Source: a virus | Lineage: Duplodnaviria > Caudoviricetes | Reading direction: 5' to 3' (one strand) | Virus record (IMG/VR): IMGVR_UViG_3300010362_000071 | Coordinates: 1 to 31,334 of that record | Length of the DNA: 31,334 nt | In this document: positions 1 through 9,900 of the stretch, piece after piece | Layout: every line of letters starts with the position of its first letter | Numbering within the stretch: position 1 is the stretch's first letter | Notes under the pieces: model-generated | What the model was told of the DNA's origin: nothing | Databases searched by the model: none | The model's input: the letters and a program-made list of their open reading frames with translations, nothing else | Position numbers and translations under genes: made by a program

Positions 1-1
1 C

Positions 2-856
2 GTGCTCGTGACGGATGACATCAGGCGCGTGATCGCCCGGCTGCGCCAGAACGGCGCCCCGCCCTACACCCGCTCCATGTACAAGGGCGTCGTCGATCCC
101 TTCGTCGAGATGGACATCTCCAAGGACTCGACCTTCCAGCTCGCCGGCACCTTCAGCCAGATCGAGACGCTCAAGGATGCCGTCATCGGCCGCTGGATGG
201 GGGTCGAGTGGATGCGCTCGAACGGCATCCCGATCATCTCGCTCCTGCCGGCGACCAGCTACACCATCGCCGCCACTGGCACGACCACCATCCCTGCCGG
301 CGGTGTCGGCTTCGATCAGTCGCAGACCGTCCGTGTGCTGATCACGAGCATCGACCCGCAGACCGGCTTCGAGACCAAGGTCGGTCCCGAGCAGGCCGTC
401 AGTAACGGCGGCGCCGCCTTCGCCGCCACCGCCCAGGTGAACAGCGGCGCCCCGACCGGCACCTACAAGATCTACTCCACCATGATGGGTGGTGCGATCG
501 GCACCGCCACCCTCCAGCTCCGCGTGAAGCACATCTCGGGCACCGCCGACTTGATCCAGCTCGTCAAGTCCGGCGCCCCCACCGTCGCCACCGCGTTCGT
601 CGTCACCGGCTCCGGCCCGGTCGCTCCTCCTGCCCCTCCCGCGACCATCAACGTCCACATCAGCTACATCTGCGGCCGTGGCTACCTGGGTGCGACGACA
701 CTGGATAGTCTCAAGACCTACGTGGTCCCTGCCACTGCCAGCGAGTCCGATCCTCTGGCTCAGCGCACCAAGGCCGGCTGGAAGCAGATGTTCAAGGCCA
801 TGATCTTGAACCCCGACTTCGGCACCCGCATCGAGAGCGCCTCGGCCTTCGGGTGA
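2..856 (+). CDS. Major capsid protein, N4-gp56-like (5'-truncated)
   Basis: C-terminal SDPLAQRTKAGWK matches the DPLxQRxxxGWK motif of N4-gp56-type capsids; IGRWMGVEWMRSN matches the conserved IGxxxGVxFxxS strand; ORF is open at the window edge. Confidence 0.85.
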   Translation: MLVTDDIRRVIARLRQNGAPPYTRSMYKGVVDPFVEMDISKDSTFQLAGTFSQIETLKDAVIGRWMGVEWMRSNGIPIISLLPATSYTIAATGTTTIPAGGVGFDQSQTVRVLITSIDPQTGFETKVGPEQAVSNGGAAFAATAQVNSGAPTGTYKIYSTMMGGAIGTATLQLRVKHISGTADLIQLVKSGAPTVATAFVVTGSGPVAPPAPPATINVHISYICGRGYLGATTLDSLKTYVVPATASESDPLAQRTKAGWKQMFKAMILNPDFGTRIESASAFG

Positions 857-908
857 GCCGACAGGCTAGCGTAATACGCCCGCACAGCTATCTAGTTAGG
901 AGTCGCCT

Positions 909-1448
909 ATGGCACGCCGCCCCGATCCGCCCGACGATGACGACGTCCCTTCCCGGCCACGCGCCACCAACGGACGGGTCGAGGCGGCAGCCCCCGAGCC
1001 CGACGACGACAGCCCGCGCCCGAAGCCCCTCTCAGAGCTTTCGGATAAGGGTCTTCTTAAGAGGCTTTTCCGCTATACTGAGGAATATCAGATGCTCGCT
1101 GGCGACCCCTCCCCGGCCGCCGTCAGCCGGCGCGTCGAACTCACTCGCACCATGCGTGCGGTGCAAGCAGTGCGAGACGCGAGGGAGCCGCTCGTCGAGG
1201 TGACGGTCCCGCGCTCTGTCACGGGCGAGCCCTTCACCCTCGGCCCCAACGTCTACCCCCCGGGCGTCTACCACGTCCGTGCATCCATCGCCCAGTACTT
1301 GCTGTGGCTCATCTCGGAGGGCCGGCGCATCGAGATGAACCGGCTGAAGGCCACCAACCGCGAGATCGAATTCGGCACCATCGGCAGCCGCGCCAAGATG
1401 GTGAAGATCAGCCGGGGCGACGTCGACGACGACTGGGCGAACAGGTAG
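909..1448 (+). CDS. Hypothetical virion-module protein
   Basis: AGGAG RBS upstream, GC3-rich codons, directly after the capsid gene. Confidence 0.75.
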   Translation: MARRPDPPDDDDVPSRPRATNGRVEAAAPEPDDDSPRPKPLSELSDKGLLKRLFRYTEEYQMLAGDPSPAAVSRRVELTRTMRAVQAVRDAREPLVEVTVPRSVTGEPFTLGPNVYPPGVYHVRASIAQYLLWLISEGRRIEMNRLKATNREIEFGTIGSRAKMVKISRGDVDDDWANR

Positions 1449-1514
1449 CGGCTGAAGTACCTCTCAAAGCCACGCACACTCAGTCGGTGCGTGCTCTACC
1501 TCTGGGACCTGCAC

Positions 1515-1961
1515 ATGCCGACACGCGACAAACCCTACAGCTTCACGACCGAGACCGCCCGCGCTGCCCAGAAGAAGCGCACGTCGCGCGAGAAGGCCCT
1601 CTCCGCCGTGCGCTCCGGGCAGGCCGAGCCCTGGCGCTACGGCCCCTACCGCATCGTCATCACGCGCCGCGTCACCGAGGAGGAGCAGATCTCGGTCGAG
1701 TGCTACGAGCCCACCCGTGAGCGCGCGATCGAGACCTACGGTGCGGTGATGGCCGCCATGCGCGACGCCATGATCGCCCACAACGAGAAGGTCGTCCTGG
1801 TCCATCAGTCCCATCTCCAGAAGCTCGACCGCATGGTGGAGCGTCGGGGCGAGGTGGTGCGCGAACTCGACGAGCGCATCGAGAAGCAGCGCGAGTGGCT
1901 CCGCGAGTCGGGCGCCGAGGTCCCCGACGCCCCGGGCGCCGACGGGGAGGACGATGCGTAG
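1515..1961 (+). CDS. Hypothetical protein with C-terminal coiled coil
   Basis: GC3-rich ORF overlapping the next start; start uncertain (1491 or 1515). Confidence 0.7.
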   Translation: MPTRDKPYSFTTETARAAQKKRTSREKALSAVRSGQAEPWRYGPYRIVITRRVTEEEQISVECYEPTRERAIETYGAVMAAMRDAMIAHNEKVVLVHQSHLQKLDRMVERRGEVVRELDERIEKQREWLRESGAEVPDAPGADGEDDA

Positions 1962-2646
1962 CTCGCGCGGCACGATCATGGAGCAGGCCCTCCAGCGGGT
2001 CGGCAACACCTCCAAGACCATGTTCGACCAAGCGCGGATAAGGCTAAATAGAATCCTACATGATCTCCACCAGGGCTGGGACTGGCCCTTCCTCTGGACC
2101 ACCATCACGCTCCCGCTCGCTGCCGACGGCACCGTCACGCTCCCGGCCGACTTCGTGAAGGCCGAGGACGATCAGTCGCTGGTGGTCCTGTCCGCGAACG
2201 GGCAGCCGATGCGCCGCGTCGTCCAGGAGGTCGACCATCGCACCTTCGCCGCCCTCACGCAGAGCGGCGACGTCGCCGGCACCATCCCGCGCATCTGGAC
2301 CATCGACTATGCGACCATGACGGGGCGCGCCTGGCCACGCAACGCCGCGTCGGTCGAGCTGCGCTACAAGTTCCTCCCACCCGACATGCCGACCACCGAC
2401 ACGATCGCCTACGACGCCGACATCCCGTCCTTTCCCTGGGACACCTTCCTGATGGACGCGCTCGCCGAGTGGGGCATGGCCTACGAGGACGATCCCCGGA
2501 GAGCCGAACAGCTAACTATAAATGAGGCTATGCTGCAACGGCTGCGTGGCGCCACCTGGCCCGAGCGCAGCTTCCCCTCGACGGTGCCCTTGGACCCCGT
2601 CTTCTTCTCGACCCCCACCTGGGGCAGCGGGCGCGGAGGGCTCTAG
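1954..2646 (+). CDS. Putative head-tail adaptor (tail tubular protein A-like)
   Basis: 230 aa, position before the nozzle, LNRILHDL...WDWPFL and LPADF motifs typical of podophage adaptors. Confidence 0.7.
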   Translation: MRSSRGTIMEQALQRVGNTSKTMFDQARIRLNRILHDLHQGWDWPFLWTTITLPLAADGTVTLPADFVKAEDDQSLVVLSANGQPMRRVVQEVDHRTFAALTQSGDVAGTIPRIWTIDYATMTGRAWPRNAASVELRYKFLPPDMPTTDTIAYDADIPSFPWDTFLMDALAEWGMAYEDDPRRAEQLTINEAMLQRLRGATWPERSFPSTVPLDPVFFSTPTWGSGRGGL

Positions 2647-2649
2647 GCG

Positions 2650-4791
2650 GTGGCCGCCCCCAAGGACGCCCCCGAGCTGGCCTTCCGTCTCCGCAAGTTC
2701 CAGGGCACCAACACCGACTTGGACAGTGCGTTTCTCGGCCCGTCCCTCGTGACGCGCTCCGAGAACTGGGCACCCACCCAGGCCTACCGCTTGGGCAAGC
2801 GCCCCGGCACGACGCTCCTCTCCGAGCTAGCGGGCGGCGTGCTTTCGATCACCGATCTCCTGGTCACCAACGTCCCCGGCGGTCTCTCCGTCCTCTACGC
2901 CTACTGCCGCACCTCGACCAACGCCGTCATCGCCAGCTCCATCGCCGAGGCCGTCCCCTTCCTCACCAACCCCCCCAACGTCAGCTTCCCGAACAAGGAC
3001 GCCGTCGGCCGCATGGTCCGCTTCCGCGACAGGGTCTATGCGGGCAACGGGGTCGACCCGATGAAGACCTGGAAGGTCGGTGATCCGGCTGGCACTACGC
3101 CCTTGACCCTCGGTGCCCTCGGCCTCCTCACTGGCGGCTCCGTCATCGCCGTGCCGTCGGGCACCCAGGCGAGTCAGTTCGCCCTCGTCGCCCCCGGCAC
3201 CTATCAGTGCTGCTGGGCGCTCTACGACACCGTCCAGGGCATCTACCTCTCTCGCACCAATGCGCTCACCGATCCCGCAACCGCCATCTCCCCTGGTGTC
3301 GTCGTGACGACCGGCACCAACGATGGCGGCATGGTGCTCGAATGCACCGCGCCGAGCGCCGCCCTCGCCGCGAACCAGGTCTATCGCCTCTTCATCGCTC
3401 CGCGAAACTTCCCGCTGGAGTACGCCACTGCCCAGGGCGCCGACTGGAAAGCCAACGAGAAGCGTCGCATGACGGCCATCGACGTCTCCGACTTCCGGGT
3501 GCCCATCGGCGGCGTCATGCGCACCGGCAACATGCTGCTGGTGTGGAGGAACCGTGTGGTGTTCGCCGGTATGCGCGACGAGCCCTTCTCCATCTTCTCG
3601 ACCGACACCATCCTCCCCGGGACCGAGCAGACCACCTTCAACCAGGGCGTCTTCTTTCCCTTCGGCGCCGTCGTCAAGCTCCCCGACACCGTCACCGGCA
3701 TCGGCACCGCAGGCGTGACGACCGATCTCGACGTCACCGCTCCGCTCCTCTTCTTCACCGCCAGCCGCACCTTCCTCTGCCAGGGCGATCCCTTCTCCAC
3801 CACCGAGCCTGCCACGCTCCTCGAGGTGTCTAGCAGAGTAGGCTGTGTGTCACACGACAGTATAGTTAACACTCCAGCAGGGACCATCTTCGTCGGCATG
3901 GACAGCGTCTACTTGATCCCGCCCGACGGCGGCTACCCCCAGGACATCGGCTGGCCCATCGCCGACCAGATTCGCGCCGTCCACCCCGGTGTGCGCAAGG
4001 AGATGTGCGCCGTCTTCCACAAGCAATTCTACAAGCTCGCCCTCCCGCCGGGAGAAAGCGGCGAGTGGTGGCTCGATCTGCGCCAGGGCGTCACCCAGAT
4101 TCCGTCGTGGTGGGGACCGATGACCGCCAAGGGCCGCGCCTTCTCCGCCATGGTCACCGACCCGAACAACGTCGAGGAGATCGATCGGGGCTACGGTGCC
4201 GTCGCCGCCAGCGACCGCATCCTCCGCATCCACCAGGTCGGCATCTACACCGACTCGGTCCCCATCTCGGGCAGTGGCAGCGCGGGCTCGACCGTCGGCT
4301 TGACCGGCATCACCTCCGTGCTCCGCAGCGGTCGCTTCGACGCCGACATGCCCTTCGATGCCAAGGTCTTCACTCGCCTCCGTCTGATCGCCGTCACCAA
4401 CGGGGAAAGCCAGATCGAGGTGCTCTTCGAGACCGACGGCGGCGAGACCTGGCCCTGGGACGCCATCCTCCTCGGCCGTGGCATGCGCGGCACGGGCAAG
4501 TTCCGCCACACCGTCGCCCCCGTCCCCCCTGGCCCCGCCCGCGAGGAGAGCTGGAACCATCTCGTCCCCGAGGGCCTCGCGCAATTTGGCACCGTCGCCC
4601 CCGTCGAAGTGCAGACCATCTCCCCCGCCCGCAGGCCCCGTGGCCTCTCGGCCGTCGTCACGCTCATGCACGGCCCCGAGCCGACAGCCGTCACCCAGTT
4701 CCTCCCCCAGGTCGAACTCCGCGACTTTGAACTCCTCTTCCTCCCCGTCGTCCGCAAGGTGCGCTACCTCCAAGAAGCAATCGGAAAGTGA
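2650..4791 (+). CDS. Putative tail nozzle/hub protein (tubular protein B / P22 gp10-like)
   Basis: 713 aa beta-rich protein with VGCVSHDSIV...IFVGMDSVY and KVFTRLRL motifs seen in this class; GTG start 3 nt after the adaptor stop. Confidence 0.75.
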   Translation: MAAPKDAPELAFRLRKFQGTNTDLDSAFLGPSLVTRSENWAPTQAYRLGKRPGTTLLSELAGGVLSITDLLVTNVPGGLSVLYAYCRTSTNAVIASSIAEAVPFLTNPPNVSFPNKDAVGRMVRFRDRVYAGNGVDPMKTWKVGDPAGTTPLTLGALGLLTGGSVIAVPSGTQASQFALVAPGTYQCCWALYDTVQGIYLSRTNALTDPATAISPGVVVTTGTNDGGMVLECTAPSAALAANQVYRLFIAPRNFPLEYATAQGADWKANEKRRMTAIDVSDFRVPIGGVMRTGNMLLVWRNRVVFAGMRDEPFSIFSTDTILPGTEQTTFNQGVFFPFGAVVKLPDTVTGIGTAGVTTDLDVTAPLLFFTASRTFLCQGDPFSTTEPATLLEVSSRVGCVSHDSIVNTPAGTIFVGMDSVYLIPPDGGYPQDIGWPIADQIRAVHPGVRKEMCAVFHKQFYKLALPPGESGEWWLDLRQGVTQIPSWWGPMTAKGRAFSAMVTDPNNVEEIDRGYGAVAASDRILRIHQVGIYTDSVPISGSGSAGSTVGLTGITSVLRSGRFDADMPFDAKVFTRLRLIAVTNGESQIEVLFETDGGETWPWDAILLGRGMRGTGKFRHTVAPVPPGPAREESWNHLVPEGLAQFGTVAPVEVQTISPARRPRGLSAVVTLMHGPEPTAVTQFLPQVELRDFELLFLPVVRKVRYLQEAIGK

Positions 4792-4804
4792 TAGAGGGAT
4801 CGCG

Positions 4805-5566
4805 ATGGCATACACGCGCCCGCCCAAGGCCGCCGGCCACAACACCTACGCGGGCGAGGTCGCGGCCGGCAAGCGTGACATCATAGACGTCGAGGTAGAC
4901 GCCGACTTCGACAAGCTCTACGGTACCATGGACGGCGGCATCGTCAACTCGAACATCTCCGACGACGCGGCCATCGCCTACACGAAGCTCGCCCTCGCCG
5001 GCCGCATCCTCGACCGCGACCTGACCTTCCCGCCCTCCCACAGCCCCCCTGGCCCGAGCGGTGGCGGCGTCGACGCCGCCCGCCTCTTCGGCTCGCTCCC
5101 GACCGTCACCGTCCCCACGAACTTCATCACCAACATCAACCAGCTCACCCCCGGCACCACCGTCCAGTTCATCGAGGCCGCCAGCCGCGCCGACACCTTC
5201 GAGATCACCGGCTTGACCAATCTCTTCGACCGCACCTACACCAGCCGGGGTGGCCACATCTTCTTCATCGGTGTCGTCACTGGCTACATCGAACTCACGA
5301 CCGGTGTCTCCGACGTCCACGGCGTCGTCCATGCCAACATCCAGCGCGACTTCTCCGTCGTGGTCGACGCCACGACCCATGCCGAGATGACGGCGACGGG
5401 GATCGCCGGCACGCTGCGCTTCCCCTTCACGCTCGTCGTGCCATTTAACTGGGCCGCCATCGGTCCCTCCTTCCACGTCACTCTCGGCACCACTCGCGAC
5501 GCGCTCAGCGCCGGCGTGCGGGCCTTCCATACCTTCTCCGCCTTTCTCACCTGCGAACAGGCTTAG
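4805..5566 (+). CDS. Putative short tail fibre/spike
   Basis: ATG at 4805 after GAGGG; N-terminal EVDADFDKLY resembles podophage fibre anchor helices; beta-rich C-terminal domain. Confidence 0.55.
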   Translation: MAYTRPPKAAGHNTYAGEVAAGKRDIIDVEVDADFDKLYGTMDGGIVNSNISDDAAIAYTKLALAGRILDRDLTFPPSHSPPGPSGGGVDAARLFGSLPTVTVPTNFITNINQLTPGTTVQFIEAASRADTFEITGLTNLFDRTYTSRGGHIFFIGVVTGYIELTTGVSDVHGVVHANIQRDFSVVVDATTHAEMTATGIAGTLRFPFTLVVPFNWAAIGPSFHVTLGTTRDALSAGVRAFHTFSAFLTCEQA

Positions 5567-5568
5567 CT

Positions 5569-6120
5569 ATGACACCTACCATAAGGCTAGCTACTCTAGT
5601 AGACCTCCCTTCCATCAGGCTTCTCTGGAAAGCCATGGAGGCGGAGCTGACCGTCCCCTACCCCGAGCACGTCTCGGACGCCGTCGACACCTTCACGCGC
5701 TCGATCGCGCTCGCGCTCAGCCAGCAGCCCCCGACCGTCTTCTGCTTCCTCGGGCAGTCCGCCGACGCCGCGATGCCCGACGCCTGGCTCCTCTACGAGA
5801 TCCAGGTCCGCCAGCTCGGCGAGCCCCAGAAGATGGCCTTCGTCCACTACACCTACGTCGCCCCACCCGCCCGTGGCCTCGGCATGGCAACGAAGCTCGC
5901 CACCCTCGCCGCCGAGCACATGGCCGCCCAGGGACTCACCCACGTCGAGTTGACGACCCGCCCCGATCTGGGCGCCCTCTGGGCCGATCTGGGCTTCCTC
6001 TGCTACGAGCACCGCTACCACGCCCCCTTGGCCCGCGCCCAGGTCGGGCTGGAGGAGCGCGGTCGGCGCCACAATGCGCTCGCCGGCAACGGCATCGACC
6101 GGGAGGTGAGTGATGCGTGA
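5569..6120 (+). CDS. GNAT-family acetyltransferase
   Basis: IRLATLVDL start, YVAPPARGLGMATKL acetyl-CoA-binding motif A, LWADLGF motif B. Confidence 0.85.
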   Translation: MTPTIRLATLVDLPSIRLLWKAMEAELTVPYPEHVSDAVDTFTRSIALALSQQPPTVFCFLGQSADAAMPDAWLLYEIQVRQLGEPQKMAFVHYTYVAPPARGLGMATKLATLAAEHMAAQGLTHVELTTRPDLGALWADLGFLCYEHRYHAPLARAQVGLEERGRRHNALAGNGIDREVSDA

Positions 6121-6991
6121 CAGTCGTCGCTACCACCGTCGCCATGGCCCGCGCCTGGAGCGCCACTTCAACTTCTCGAACAGCTCCTCCGACCCCCAGG
6201 TCGTCTCCCCCTTCGGCCGCATGCCGAACCGGATCGCCGAGCGCGCCGCCGGCCAGTTCACCAACCCCCTCACCCAGGGCTTCGGCTACAACCCCTCCCC
6301 AGGCTTCGAGCGCGGGCTCGCCACGAACCCCTCTCCCCTGGCCAACTTCATCCGCCAGAGCCGCGCCAACATGGCCAACTACATCCCGCAGGCGCAGCAG
6401 CTCTCCAGCCAGATCACCGCTGGCGCCAACCAGGCCTACGGCGGCTACCAGGCCGCTGTCGACCAGTTCATGGCGCAGCTCCCCGGCTTCCAGGAGCAGG
6501 CCGGTGCCGCCACCGGTGCCGCCCGCACCGCCCTCGAAGACGCCATGAGCCCGCTGCCGGGCCGTGCGACGTACCAGGAAGCCGCTCGCCGCGCTCTTGC
6601 CCCTGCCCGCGAGGGAGCAGCCGCTCGTGGCATGCTGGAGGGCGGCCAGGCGCAAGTCGGCGAACAGAACATGCTCTCTGACTTGGCCTTCAACGTGCTC
6701 CAGAACGAGCAGGCGAACCGCCAGGCCGCCATCCAGGGCTTGACCGGCGCCACGGGCTTCGGCGCGCAACTCGCCGCCGCCGGCCCCGAGATGCAAAACC
6801 AGCTCTTCCAGGCCTACCCCCAGCTCGCCCAGCTCCTCTCCGGCGCCCAGCAGCTCCCGATGGAAGCCCAGAACCAGATCCTCCAGTTCTTGACCGCCGC
6901 TCAGGACCCGACCTTCTCTCTGCTCCGCATGGTGCTGCCGTCGGTCGCCAACCAGCAGTCCTCCTTCGGCATGGGCGTCCTCTCGGGGTGA
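6113..6991 (+). CDS. Putative internal virion/DNA ejection protein
   Basis: GGGAGG RBS; Q/A/G-rich helical composition; position after GNAT and before a large SLT-containing protein. Confidence 0.65.
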   Translation: MRDSRRYHRRHGPRLERHFNFSNSSSDPQVVSPFGRMPNRIAERAAGQFTNPLTQGFGYNPSPGFERGLATNPSPLANFIRQSRANMANYIPQAQQLSSQITAGANQAYGGYQAAVDQFMAQLPGFQEQAGAATGAARTALEDAMSPLPGRATYQEAARRALAPAREGAAARGMLEGGQAQVGEQNMLSDLAFNVLQNEQANRQAAIQGLTGATGFGAQLAAAGPEMQNQLFQAYPQLAQLLSGAQQLPMEAQNQILQFLTAAQDPTFSLLRMVLPSVANQQSSFGMGVLSG

Positions 6992-6994
6992 GCC

Positions 6995-9900
6995 ATGGGC
7001 GGCCAGTTCCTGGATGCGCTTCGTCGTGCCGCTGGCGGCGTCAGCTCCGCCGCGCAGTCCCCCATCGTCTCGGGCGCCGCCCAGATGCCGCTCCAGCTCG
7101 GCTCCACCCTGGCCCAGCTCCCACTCGCCTACTTCCAGAACTACCTCCAGAAGTTCCGCGCCCCGGGCATCGTGAACCAGATCAACGAGGCCAAGCTCGC
7201 CGACCTCCAGTCAACCGCCCTCCAGGACCCGGCCATCCGTGCCGCCATGCCCTACCGGCCCGACATCGCCCGCTTGATCGGCACGCGGGTCGAGCCGATC
7301 GCGGGCGGCCTCCCTCCTCCCGAGCGTGCACTCCCCGGCATGCGCTCTCTCTACCGCGCCGGCGTCGTCCGCACCGGCCAGCCCGGCCTCCCGATGGCGC
7401 TCCCTCCGCTCACCGAGACCACCGAGTCGCTCGCGCGTGAGAAGGCCCGAGCCGACATCACCCAGAGCTACGCCAGTGCTGAACTCTCTAGAGCCAAAGC
7501 CGGCCAGCTCACCACCAACAACCCGAACCCTCCCGACGGCCTCCCCCCCGACCAGTCCGCCTGGGTGAACACCCAGATTCGCGACAGCCTGACCGGCCGC
7601 ACCTGGGTCTGGGAGCTTCGCGTTGCCCCCGGTCGCCCCGGCCAGCAGGGCGCACCGGGACCGGGGCAGCAGGGAGCCGCTCCGGGCGCTCCTCCCGGGC
7701 GACGCATCTCGCTCGCCCCGGGTGGCGGCGGCGGCGGCGCGATCGCGGGCTTCTCCCCCGCCCAGAACGATCTCATGCGCTCGCCCATGTACGACGAGAC
7801 CGCCCGGCGCTACGGCTACATGCCGAACCTGCTCCGTGCGGTAAGCTGGCAGGAGTCTGGCTTCAATCCGAACATCGCCCCGCACCTGACCAAGCACGGC
7901 TGGGTCCGTGGCCTGAACCAGTTCCTCGATTCGACTGGCGCCCAGTACGGCATCGATGCCACCAACTGGCGTGAGCCGGCACTCCAGATCGAGGCCCTCG
8001 GCCAGCACTTGCGGAAGCTCGGTGCCAACTCCGCCAGCATGCAGTCGATCTACGACGCGCTCGTCAAGTACCACGGTGGCGGACCGCAGAGCGTGGATCA
8101 GCTCGGCGTGACGAGCGACGCCTACGCCAAGGCGGTGCTCCAGAAGTGGCAGCAGCTCGACGATGCTCAGGTCGGCTTTGTCGGCGGTGGTCCTCCCGGC
8201 ACCGAGCCGTCTGCCGGTCAGCAGCCCGCCGAGCCCGCTCCCACTCAGCAAGCGCAAGCTCCCGGCCAGCCCCCCGGCGCCCCACCCGCTCCCCGGATGC
8301 CGAGCTTCCAGGAGATCAACCCCGAGCCGCTACCGGCTGAGCCCGCTGGCGCACCTCCGACGACGACGACCACCCTCGCTCCCGCCGCCCCCGCCGGTGG
8401 CGGCCCGCAGCCCGAGCCTCCTCGCCTTGGTGGCACTCCATCACAGCAGCAGCCACCTCAGCTTGGCATGAGCGAGCCCGCCCCTGGCCAGCGCACCCAG
8501 GCCGACTGGGACATCTTCGGCCCCGCCCCTGAAGACCAGGCAACGCAAGGGAGCCCCTCTGGCGCCTTCCCCGAGCCTGGCCCTTCTCCCACCACTGGCC
8601 AGCCCACTCCCGTCGCCACAGCCGCCCCTGGACGCCAGCTGGCGGCCCTCCCGCCGCCGGAGCGTCGTCTCGGGTCGGTGAGCGGCGCCTTTCTCGGTCC
8701 CGCCGAGGCCGCTGCCGCTCCCCCTCCAGCTCCGCCACGGCCGCCTCCCGCTGCGCCCCCGTCGACGCTCGCCCCGAGCCAGCAGATCGGCCAGACCCTG
8801 GCCCCCCCGGAAGCGAACATCCCTGCCCCTGGCCCCGCTCCGATCCCTCAGGGTGTCGGCCCGACCCCGGTCGTCCCGGCCACGACCACCCCGGGCGCTC
8901 TGCCGCTCGCGCCGAGGCAGGCCGCTGCGGGCGGCGCCCCTGGTCAAGCTCCCCCCGGGGCGAGCGGAGCGCCTGGCGCCCCAGCACCCGGTGGCACGAT
9001 CCCGCCGGGCGAGCGCATCGTCGGCTCTATCCGTCCCGGCTTCGGCCTCGATTTGAACTCCCCCGATCTCGGTGTCGCGCAGGGCATTCAGCAGGGACAG
9101 CGCCGTCCCGGGTCGAGCGGTGTGGCGGGCACGCTGCCGGTCGTCGACACGGACCCCTCGCCCCTCTTCCCCGACACCAACACCCGCTACGTCACCATGC
9201 CGACGGGCGAGGTGAAGCTCAATCCGCAGGTCCCCGTCACTCCCGACGAGACGCTCATGATGGACGCCGTCGCCCACACGCCCGGTGCCTCCGAGTACGT
9301 GCGCCAGACCTACACGAGCCAGATCGGCCGCCGCTACCCCGACGCCGCCACCGCGCGCCAGAACGCCGTCCAGGACTTGAAGGTCCGCCGCGTGATGCAA
9401 GCCTACACCCAGGAACTCAACCAGGGCCGCATCACCTCGGCCAACAAGGTCGCGCAGGTGGCCCGTGCGCAGATCGCCAAGGACTTTCTCGCTACCTATC
9501 TCACCCAGGTGCGCCGCATGGACCCGCAGGGCAACATGGCCCCGGACTATAACCGCGATGGCAACCCCCGCATCGCGCTCGACGCCCTCTCCGACAACCC
9601 CGAGTGGATCGACTTCTCCCAGCAGCCCCTGACCGCCCCCTTCGGCCAGGGCGGTCCCGGCATCCCGCTCTACGTCCAGCACTTCCTCGGCATGGACCCG
9701 AGCTGGATGTCGATCCGCCAGATGGCGATCTACGGCGACGGTGCGGCGATCATCCTGATGGCGAATCTCGGCTCCGCGCAGAACGCGGTCCGCGCCCTCG
9801 GCGACGTCGGCAACCTGGCCGTCGCCGAGCAGGAGATGGTGATGCGCAACCTGATCCCGTCTCCTCGCGACAGCCGTGGCTTGGCACTCGGCAAGGTGCT

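Noticed and set aside
872-890. TAATACG resembling a T7 promoter
   Set aside because: Only 7 nt match, no repeated copies, and no phage RNA polymerase in the window
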